This document shows positions 52,045 through 61,101 of a stretch of DNA of 64,000 nt, one piece after another; within the stretch, counting starts at the first letter, position 1; the number at the start of each line of letters is the position of its first letter. Source of the DNA: Blastocystis sp. Blastoise (lineage: Eukaryota > Protista > Bigyra: Opalinata); NCBI GenBank assembly GCA_039096225.1, contig JBBPEB010000029.1, forward strand, positions 248,001 to 312,000, given 5' to 3'. The notes under the pieces were generated by a model. The model saw nothing but the letters and a program-made list of their open reading frames with translations, was not told the origin of the DNA and did not search any database. The position numbers were made by a program, and so were the translations under genes.

Positions 52045-53673
52045 ATGCAAAGTTGTATATTAGGAATGCCAAGTCCTGGTACTTTTGGTATGAATTTAAT
52101 TTCAACTGGAAAAGAATATAGGCGATATAATACACAGCCATTACATAAAATGGATCAATATAATCCAATATTTCATGAAATAGGTCCAAATTCATCTATG
52201 CCTGTAACTACTTTAGAAAGTAAAGAAATACATGATGGTAAAGAAGATGATTATGTAGATCGTTCTAAAACATTTGGTAAAGATGCTGTTCCACAAGGAA
52301 ATGGTGCATTAATTCGTGCTAGAGCAGCAGGTAAAGGTGTAATGAAAGCAGCTGGTCCAGAAGAAGATAAAATAGATGGTGAAGATCGTCAATATAAAGT
52401 ATTAAATCCATGTAAACCAAGACGTAAATCTGGTAGAGGTATTATTCCAAATAAATCAGAAATCAATAAATTAGAAAATAATCAAGGTTCTGGTATTGGT
52501 GATGCAATTAAAAATAAAGTAAAAGATATGTATCAACGAAATGTATTAGATATAAGAGATGCTATTGTAGATAAAAAAGCTAATAGAAAAGCTCGTGATG
52601 CATTAGCTATTTTAGCTCAATATGTTGGTGATGGTCATCATGATCTTGATGATGAATTCAAAAGATTCTATGATCATAAAATAAAACGTGGTGGAAAGAT
52701 TCCTATATCTGTTGCTTCAGCAATTATGAATGCAATTAAAAATAAGAAAATGATTAAGAATCCAAAATTAAGAAGAATGTTAAGACCTTCAATTATACCA
52801 AAATATATAGATTTAGATTCAGCTCAAAGTGGTGATGGTATATTAAGAGTTAAAAGAGGTGGTGGATTCTGGGATGGAGTAATGAATTATGCACCAGCTC
52901 TTTTAGGTGTAGTTGATAAAGGTATGGATTCTTTTGCTAAAGGTAGAAAAGCTTATTATGATACACATTTGGCACAACAATCAAGTGAATTAAATGATAT
53001 GGAATTTGAAATGGAAAAATTAAAACGTCAACAAGCATTAAATGAAATGAAAAAACAAATAGGTTCAGGAAATACTATAAATAAAATGTTTGAAGGATAT
53101 TATGATGTAGCTGATGAAATGCAAGATGCTCTTAACGAAGATGATAGACTACATCCACAACCCGTTGTTCAACCTCCACCACCTCCACAACAACAAGTTG
53201 TTAGACCTCCTCAACCTCAACCTCCTCAACCTTATAAACCTATGTCTCGTGATGAACAAAGTTATCCTTATAAGATTTATGGTTTCCCTCAAAATGATAA
53301 GGAGAAAGTCGATAGAAAATGGAAAGAAGATGAAAGGGATAAACGAATAGCTGCAAGAAGAGCTAAACGTAGAGGATATGGTGGTCGAGTTAAATTAAGT
53401 AAAGAAGAATTCTTAGAACGAATGAGAAGAGGAAAAGAAGCTAAAAAGAAAAGAGGTGGTGAATTGCCTCCATTGGTAACAGCTTATACAGATTTTGTAA
53501 TACCTGCACAAGTAGAACAAAGGAAACGTAAAGTAGCTAAAAATGATTTAAAACAATTACAAATTATAAAACAGAAAATGGATAATAATGAAATATTAGA
53601 TAGAGGTGAACAAATGTTTTGGAAAGAAAAGAAGTATATGTTATCAAAAAACTCAGGGGAGGGGATCTGGTAA
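52045..53673 (+). CDS. Core polyprotein precursor with many GxG/RGG maturation sites
   Basis: 542 aa, basic and Pro-rich segments; QGNGAL, AGKGVM, SGRGII, QGSGIG, KRGGKI, SGDGIL, KRGGGFW, IGSGNT, GYGGRV, KRGGEL. Confidence 0.6.
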   Translation: MQSCILGMPSPGTFGMNLISTGKEYRRYNTQPLHKMDQYNPIFHEIGPNSSMPVTTLESKEIHDGKEDDYVDRSKTFGKDAVPQGNGALIRARAAGKGVMKAAGPEEDKIDGEDRQYKVLNPCKPRRKSGRGIIPNKSEINKLENNQGSGIGDAIKNKVKDMYQRNVLDIRDAIVDKKANRKARDALAILAQYVGDGHHDLDDEFKRFYDHKIKRGGKIPISVASAIMNAIKNKKMIKNPKLRRMLRPSIIPKYIDLDSAQSGDGILRVKRGGGFWDGVMNYAPALLGVVDKGMDSFAKGRKAYYDTHLAQQSSELNDMEFEMEKLKRQQALNEMKKQIGSGNTINKMFEGYYDVADEMQDALNEDDRLHPQPVVQPPPPPQQQVVRPPQPQPPQPYKPMSRDEQSYPYKIYGFPQNDKEKVDRKWKEDERDKRIAARRAKRRGYGGRVKLSKEEFLERMRRGKEAKKKRGGELPPLVTAYTDFVIPAQVEQRKRKVAKNDLKQLQIIKQKMDNNEILDRGEQMFWKEKKYMLSKNSGEGIW

Positions 53674-54239
53674 AGAGTAAAGATGAAAAACTTATTCAAA
53701 ATTCAATGAATTGCGATAATCCTATTATATCTGATAAAACTCGTCATGTTACTCCTAGATCCCCTGATAATTTTAAACAAACTCTATTTCAATATTGTAA
53801 TATACCCAATTCTTTAATATCTCAATTATATAATTATGCTTATTTAAATAAACCTACCTCTTCTGTTGCTTGTGATCGTGCTGAAAATGTTATGAAACAA
53901 TTAAATAAAACGAATTCTCAATCTTATAATTATTATAATAGTTATGATGATTTTGAACAAAATATAGATCAAGATCAAACTAAATTTAATATGATCTTTC
54001 ATGAAAGTCCTAGTGATCCTTATAATGGTCATTTTGAAGCTGTTATTTATAATGGTAATAAAAATATAGAACACTATTCATCATTAGGAAATAAACCTAC
54101 TTTTTCAAAATCATTTATTCAAAATCATAATATTCAATATAATCCTATTCAACACCAAAAAACTACAAGTAATGCAAATGGTTGCTTTTATTATTCTTTA
54201 CTTTATTTACTTTCTAATGGAAATCTTATGCCTTGTTAA
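53619..54239 (+). CDS. Adenain/Ulp1-like cysteine maturation protease (-1 frame relative to the core polyprotein; first ATG 53706)
   Basis: GHFEAV (His), EHYSSLG (variant of the usual FDS(F/L)G), oxyanion QHQ and GCFYYSLLYL (Cys). Confidence 0.7.
   Translation: MERKEVYVIKKLRGGDLVKSKDEKLIQNSMNCDNPIISDKTRHVTPRSPDNFKQTLFQYCNIPNSLISQLYNYAYLNKPTSSVACDRAENVMKQLNKTNSQSYNYYNSYDDFEQNIDQDQTKFNMIFHESPSDPYNGHFEAVIYNGNKNIEHYSSLGNKPTFSKSFIQNHNIQYNPIQHQKTTSNANGCFYYSLLYLLSNGNLMPC
53646..53765 (+). promoter_or_regulatory. Candidate -1 programmed ribosomal frameshift signal
   Basis: In-frame slippery heptamer A AAA AAC (53646-53652), 7-nt spacer, stem AGGGGATCTGG/CTAGATCCCCT (53660-53670/53755-53765) extended by GAGTAA/TTACTC. 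Confidence 0.65.
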
Positions 54240-54325
54240 AACCTTCTAGAATATTCTAGAATCTCTAATTTATTATATTAATATTTTGTATAATTAATTT
54301 GTTTTGTTTATTATTTAATACTATA

Positions 54326-54481
54326 ATGACAAAGAAACGATTTGGCAATTACTACTTAGATCGTAGTGCAGAAACTTTAGAGAATGTAAATGAAATACTG
54401 TCAGTTATTGAAATTGTTCTTATTATTATATATATTTTACTTTACTTCTATATGTCCAAGAAACGTTCTAGAACATTCTAG
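54326..54481 (+). CDS. Small single-pass membrane protein (51 aa)
   Basis: ILSVIEIVLIIIYILLYFYM hydrophobic run followed by basic residues; HSE-like element at 54244-54261 upstream, 3' motif at 54552. Confidence 0.45.
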   Translation: MTKKRFGNYYLDRSAETLENVNEILSVIEIVLIIIYILLYFYMSKKRSRTF

Positions 54482-54583
54482 AACATTCATTTTGAACTGG
54501 CTCTATTTGTAGAATCTTTAATTTATTATATTAGTGTTTTATATAATTAATTTGTTTTGTTTAATCATTGGTTAATTTTAATA

Positions 54584-54958
54584 ATGAACAAGAAATATCT
54601 TAGTTATTCTTATTTTTGTCGTGTGATGAAGAATCTAAAAGAAGAAGGAATTAAATCCAAAAAGAATGAAATAGCGAATCTTTTAGAACAATTTTTAAAT
54701 AACAATAACAACAAAAATCTTAGTGATTTACAACTAAGTTATTGTAGAAACATGTTACTTTATATAGATGATCCTGTGATTCATCAACGTCTTGAAATGC
54801 TATTGGATAAACAATATATGAAGAATGAGAATCAATATCAAGAGGATAAGAATCTTATTCAACCCAATAATATGTTTATGCCTACTATGAAAAGTAATCA
54901 ACAACAAAATCAATACCAAAATAATAATAATAATCTATCTTTCTTACCTTTTAATTAA
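54584..54958 (+). CDS. Hypothetical viral protein (Asn/Gln-rich C-terminus)
   Basis: 124-aa ORF from ATG 54584; HSE-like element at 54466-54488 upstream, TTGTTTAGTT at 54982. Confidence 0.55.
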   Translation: MNKKYLSYSYFCRVMKNLKEEGIKSKKNEIANLLEQFLNNNNNKNLSDLQLSYCRNMLLYIDDPVIHQRLEMLLDKQYMKNENQYQEDKNLIQPNNMFMPTMKSNQQQNQYQNNNNNLSFLPFN

Positions 54959-55031
54959 TTTTTATATCCTTTTATTACTAGTTGTTTAGTTATATTCAAA
55001 ATTAAAACAAAACAAACATAAAAACATAAAA

Positions 55032-55967
55032 TTATTCAATTAATTTTTTAAATAAATTATTATTTTCTAAAGATACATAAGAATTAATATGTGTATAATC
55101 ATTATGACATAAAGCAGAAGCAGAATTTTCTATATCTTGGAATGTATTGGTTGTAGTTGTAGCATATAATTTTCTTAATGCATTAATGGTTAATTTTGGA
55201 TGGATTTGTTTTAAATGCTTATTCACAAACCAATCAAATGCTTTAGTAGTAAATCCAGTTCGTACAGAAGATTCAAATATAAATTTACGATTTGGATTTC
55301 TTTTTAAGAGTAATTCTAGATCTTCAATCAATTCTTTTGGTGCATCTAATTGAATTGTAGAGTATTTACCAGCAGTTTTATAATCATTCAATAGAATAGA
55401 ACCAGTGTGTTTCTCTTTATCATAAACAATATAATTCTTATGAATAGCTGGATCAATAGTATCTTCTGGAGTTAGAATGAATAATTGAGCATAATCAGCA
55501 CGAGCAGGAGGAAGATAGGAGTAAAAATCTAATATTAATCGTAATGGATTATAATTTTCTAATTTATCGTGATATTCATGTAAATATGGAGTCGTAATAC
55601 CATCTTTAATAAGATCTTGAATCAAAGTGCGTTTCTTATTATCCAGATATTTTTCATACATAGAATTGATAATCACATAAAATTCACACCATTTATTTAA
55701 AATACCTTCTTTATTTAATGAAGAAACATTACGTATAATAAATAATATCAATTCACATAACGATTTCATTGGACTAATTTTGATTTTACGTTCATTTACC
55801 ATATAATCCATGAATGAATAAGGATTCTTTAAGAATTCTGAGAACTTTTTAAATGGTAATGGGAAAATATATAAATTGAAATAATTGGTTAAACGTTTTT
55901 TCCAAATATCAGAATAATTTGAATTCTGTATAACCAAAAGATACTTGTCATAATTTGTATTTTTCAT
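55032..55967 (-). CDS. Tyrosine recombinase 2 (integrase- or protelomerase-like)
   Basis: PPARADY (R), LNDYKTAGKY (K), NALRKLYA (R..Y), LCHNDYTHINSY (H..Y at +9); adjacent to the right TIR. Confidence 0.8.
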   Translation of the reverse strand: MKNTNYDKYLLVIQNSNYSDIWKKRLTNYFNLYIFPLPFKKFSEFLKNPYSFMDYMVNERKIKISPMKSLCELILFIIRNVSSLNKEGILNKWCEFYVIINSMYEKYLDNKKRTLIQDLIKDGITTPYLHEYHDKLENYNPLRLILDFYSYLPPARADYAQLFILTPEDTIDPAIHKNYIVYDKEKHTGSILLNDYKTAGKYSTIQLDAPKELIEDLELLLKRNPNRKFIFESSVRTGFTTKAFDWFVNKHLKQIHPKLTINALRKLYATTTTNTFQDIENSASALCHNDYTHINSYVSLENNNLFKKLIE

Positions 55968-56055
55968 TGATTTTCTCAAGTAGAATCTTTAAAACTTCTA
56001 TTTTCAAAAGAATAATACATAAGAAAATCAAAATAAAATATCTAAGATTCTCATG

Positions 56056-56967
56056 TTCTCGAATGTTCTAGAAGTTTCGAGAATGTTCTAGAATATTCTA
56101 GAAAATTGATATACATCCCGCCACCTAAAACCACTGGAACACAATTAGTTTCCCCAGTTTCCCCAATATAATTGTGTTTTTGTGTTCCGAAATCCCTCAT
56201 TTTTACAATTTTAAGCAATTTGATTGGACAATTCACGATGACGCATCCTATTTCCATAACGGTCACCCTTGTTTCCAAAAGTCTCTCGTTATAGTCGTGG
56301 TGGTGGGTACATCTTTTTACAAGACCACACCACCACCAGCTTTTCTTTCACCCACTATAAATACATACCTTGATCACTTTACTCTTTTTTATATAAATTT
56401 TTTATGATTATCATGACTTTTTATATTATTTATTGATCACTATACATACATTTTTATTTTTATATATTCCCGTGATTATTTTTATTATTTCTTTTTAGAT
56501 AGAACCATCCATTTCATCTTTTCTCTATATAAAGGGAGGGTCGGGGTGTGTGTTTATTTAGCACATTCTGTGCTTCTTTTCGTATTTCTTTCTGTATTCC
56601 CGTGATTATTTTACTCACTTTACCAACGATGGAGTCATTTTCCATGAATATTCCCTGTAAAGGGGAGGGTTGGACTGTGTATTTTATTTCTTTTATGATT
56701 ACTATGAGTTTCTCCTTGATCACTTTACGTTTCACGTTGGAATCGGAACACAAATAAATTAAAAATAAATAAACATGGGAAAAAATAAATACACACACAC
56801 ACTACCCTACACTCCCATGGTTATTTTACTTCAGAAATGTTATTAATTCTTCCGTCGAGAACAAAAAAGGGGGATGTCTTCCCCGCTTATGGCTGCGCGC
56901 GTCGCGCAGACTCTATGCGGGGTTTGCATACCCCCTTCTGCAGTTCGAAGAACGGAAGAATTATTAT
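56056..56967 (-). repeat. Right terminal inverted repeat (912 bp)
   Basis: Reverse complement of 31736-32647; its HSE-like array (56056-56103) lies upstream of tyrosine recombinase 2. Confidence 0.95.
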
Positions 56968-58170
56968 TTTGTTTATATCTTATAAGAGTTAAACACAATA
57001 CAATAACTAATTTTTTGGCTATTTGTTTGTTAGATCACGGATTCAAAATAATTAGTAATGCCTAGAATATGATAAATAGGCACACACATAGCTGATAACC
57101 TAATTACAATCACTTGAGTAAGCTTTATTTGATGTTTCAGTTAGGCATGTAAATATTTTAAAATTTGTTTTATTTTTAAGAGTATAGTTTTAAATATATA
57201 ATGATACAAACCGGTTTACGAATAATTATTGTTATTATGAAACGATTTATTCAAATTTATATGTCACGTCGATGTGAAGAATTACATTATATTCAAAAAT
57301 TTTTATAATACTTGTTGAGTAAATTTGTTGGTTGAAAGAAAACGTTAAAACAAATCAAACTAGAAGTTTGAACTTAATGACTGATATAATGTTGTGTTCT
57401 TTTATGCTGACAAAACGAATCTCACGTTATCATATATACTTTACAAACCAAACAATCAACATATAACAGTGTCTTATAAAATATCACATCGACATTCTTT
57501 AGTAGAGAGTGTTTATAGTAATTAAAAGCAATTAATATTTTAAACTTAAGTTGAGTATTTATGGAATCAGATGTATAAATGGGTTTTTACAACATAGTAA
57601 ATAATAAATGAAGGTCAATTCATAGCTAATATTAAATCGTGAAGTATGGTTGTGACGTGTGTCTTCAAAACATTTTTTTTTTTAGTATATTACAGCAAGA
57701 GTCTTAAAGAAAACGAGGTTTAATAAAAATTGTGGAAACTACTAAAAAAGAAAAGAATATTCCATACAAATTCCATAAAGATTTTATTATTTGGTTTATT
57801 TTATAAAATATTTAAATAGATATAAGGCTAGCTGATATTGATTATGTGTATATAATTGTTTACATAATATATACACTGTTGGCACCTAATATTTGAATTA
57901 ATAATAGGTATCTAAGAAAATCAACTTCAGGCAGGATTGTTGTATACATCCATGGTTAGATAATAGTGAATCATGATCGGTGAGCAAGCTTGGGATGAAA
58001 CAAAAACTTTACTTTTAAAGGAGATTTGCCTAATCAGAAATTGAAAGAAGCCGCCTTGCAAAATGAATTTGTATATAATTATGTAGTCTTATTCTTATAG
58101 TCAGCCACTTTGGTTATGACAGTTTTATTTATAGTTGGCTTTTTAAGTTTCAATTCTGTTCTTTACACGC

Positions 58171-58810
58171 TGTATTGGTCTTCTAAGTTCTCTATTGGTC
58201 TTTTAAGTTCTCTATTGGTCTTCTACACTCTTTATTGGTCTTCTAAGTTCTTTATTGGTCTTTTAAGTGCTCTATTGGTCTTCTACACTCTCTATTGGTC
58301 TTCTAAGTTCTTTATTGGTCTTCTAAGTTCTCTATTGGTCTTCTACACTCTCTATTGGTCTTCTAAGTTCTTTATTGGTCTTTTAAGTGCTCTATTGGTC
58401 TTTTAAGTGCTCTATTGGTCTTCTAAGTTCTCTATTGGTCTTCTAAGTTCTTTATTGGTCTTCTACACTCTCTATTGGTCTTCTACACTCTCTATTGGTC
58501 TTCTAAGTTCTCTATTGGTCTTTTAAGTTCTCTATTGGTCTTCTACACTCTTTATTGGTCTTTTAAGTGCTCTATTGGTCTTTTAAGTGCTCTATTGGTC
58601 TTTTAAGTTCTCTATTGGTCTTTTAAGTTCTCTATTGGTCTTCTACACTCTCTATTGGTCTTCTAAGTTCTCTATTGGTCTTCTAAGCTCTCTATTGGTC
58701 TTCTAAGTTCTCTATTGGTCTTCTAAGTTCTCTATTGGTCTTCTAAGTTCTTTATTGGTCTTCTACACTCTTTATTGGTCTTTTAAGTTCTCTATTGGTC
58801 TTCTACACTT
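58171..58810. repeat. 20-bp minisatellite (TCTATTGGTCTTCTAAGTTC and variants)
   Basis: About 32 contiguous tandem units with a few recurring variants and no spacers. Confidence 0.95.
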
Positions 58811-58914
58811 TTTATTCGTTTATAGAGTGTATATCTTGTCTCTGTTGTCTTTTACGGACTCTATTGACTACTTATTATATATTTTGTTTAGTTGTGATCT
58901 CTAATTATTACCTT

Positions 58915-60727
58915 TGATTACTGATAATTACTTGTCATCACTCATGGTTACTTATGATTACTTTGAGTTACTTAGAGTTACTTATCATCAATGATAGTTA
59001 CTTAAAGTTACTTATTGTTAATTGAAGTTACTTATGATTACTTATCATCACTGATAGTTACTTATAATCAATGATAGTTACTTATTGTTACTTATGATTA
59101 CTGATAGTTACTTAGAGTTATTTATTATCAATGATAGTTACTCATCATCAATGATAGTTACTTATAATCAACGATACTTATGATTACTGATAGTTACTTA
59201 TGATTACTGATAGATACTTATGATTACTGATAGTTACTTAAAGTTACTTAAAGTTACTTATGATCAATGATACTTATGATCAATGATAGTTACTTATGAT
59301 TACTGATAGTTACTTATGATTACTGATAGTTACTTATCATCAATGATAGTTACTTATCATCAATGATAGTTACTTATCATCAATGATAGTTACTTATCAT
59401 CAATGATAGTTACTTATCATCAATGATAGTTACTTATCATCAATGATAGTTACTCATCATCAATGATAGTTACTTATGATTACTGATAGTTACTTATGAT
59501 TACTGATAGTTACTTATGATCAATGATACTTATGATCAATGATACTTATGATCAATGATAGTTACTTATGATTACTGATAGATACTTGTGATTACTTATA
59601 GTTACTTATGATCAATGATAGTTACTTATCATCAATGATAGTTACTTATCATCAATGATAGTTACTTATCATCAATGATAGTTACTTATCATCAATGATA
59701 GTTACTCATCATCAATGATAGTTACTTATGATTACTGATAGTTACTTATGATTACTGATACTTACTTATGGTTACTTAAAGTAACTTATGGTTACTTAAA
59801 GTTACTTAAAGTTTCTTATCATCACTGATAGATACTTATGATTACTTATAGATACTTATGATTACTTATAGATACTTATGATTACTTATAGATACTTATG
59901 ATTACTTATAGATACTTATGATTACTTATAGATACTTATGATTACTTATAGATACTTATGATTACTTATAGATACTTATGATTACTTATAGATACTTATG
60001 ATTACTTATAGATACTTATGATTACTTATAGATACTTATGATTACTTATAGATACTTATGATTACTTATAGATACTTATGATTACTTATAGATACTTATG
60101 ATTACTTATAGATACTTATGATTACTGATAGATACTTATGATTACTGATAGATACTGATACTTACTTATGGTTATTTATAGTTACTTATAGTTACTTATG
60201 ATCAATGATACTTATGATCAATGACAGATACTTATGATTACTGATACCTACTTATGATTACTGATACCTACTTATGATTACTGATACCTACTTATGATTA
60301 CTTATAGTTACTTATAGTTACTTATAGTTACTTATAGTTACTTATAGTTACTTATAGTTACTGATAGTTACTTATGATTACTGATAGTTACTTATGGTTA
60401 CTTAAAGTTTCTTATCATCACTGATAGATACTTATGATTACTTATGATTACTGATAGTTACTGATAGTTACTTATGATTACTGATAGTTACTTATGGTTA
60501 CTTAAAGTTTCTTATCATCACTGATAGATACTTATGATTACTTATGATTACTGATAGTTACTTATGATTACTTATAGTTACTTATTATCAATGATAGTTA
60601 CTCATCATCAATGATAGTTACTTATGATTACTGATAGATACTTATGATTACTGATAGATACTTATGATTACTGATAGATACTTATGATTACTGATAGATA
60701 CTTATGATTACTGATAGATACTTATGA
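58915..60727. repeat. 10/20-bp-unit minisatellite (GTTACTTATC/ATCAATGATA, GATACTTATGATTACTTATA etc.)
   Basis: Tandem arrays of related 10-mers arranged in homogenised blocks. Confidence 0.95.
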
Positions 60728-61101
60728 ATTTTTTTTTTACAATTATCTTCTTTAATGTTTGCTTATTATCTTTACAGTTCACTTTTGGTCTTTAGTGCTT
60801 ATTTTTTAAATAGCTTTGGCTATAGTTATTACTGTCTAATTATGGTATCTATGGCTCCGATATATTGAGGCTTCAATTTCATTATGTATTATGATACCGA
60901 TTTGCTGTACTTGTCTATTTTAAATACCTATTTGATTTGGTTATGATTTAATTTAATTAAACAAAACAAGATGATTTAATTATGAAAATTGGTATTAATT
61001 ATTGGTCTCTTATAGATATGTATATATATGTTTGTATGTATCTAGTCTTATGTTTGCTATTGTGATATATAATTTCATTTGAATGGTGTACTAGTTGTTA
61101 G

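Larger units (their letters stand above)
31736..56967. mobile_element. Endogenous Polinton-like virus (PLV-type preplasmiviricot), 25.2 kb, apparently intact
   Basis: 912-bp TIRs enclose ~20 densely packed intron-less ORFs, including A32 ATPase, two DJR MCPs, pentons, primase-helicase, protease and two tyrosine recombinases. No pPolB or RVE integrase recognised; no TSD found. Confidence 0.9.

Noticed and set aside
33350-55353. Antisense or nested short ORFs in viral genes (33350, 35861, 36562, 40012, 42075, 48980, 50040, 53484, 55147 etc.)
   Set aside because: Shadow frames of longer, motif-bearing ORFs.
31736-56967. Classification as a canonical Polinton/Maverick or a mavirus-type virophage
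   Set aside because: No protein-primed PolB, no RVE integrase and no 5-6-bp TSD; the MCPs are shorter than typical virophage MCPs.
58110-60727. Regular 20-bp repeats as a CRISPR array or as coding ORF 58110-58406
   Set aside because: Contiguous tandem units with no unique spacers, no cas genes and a eukaryotic context.
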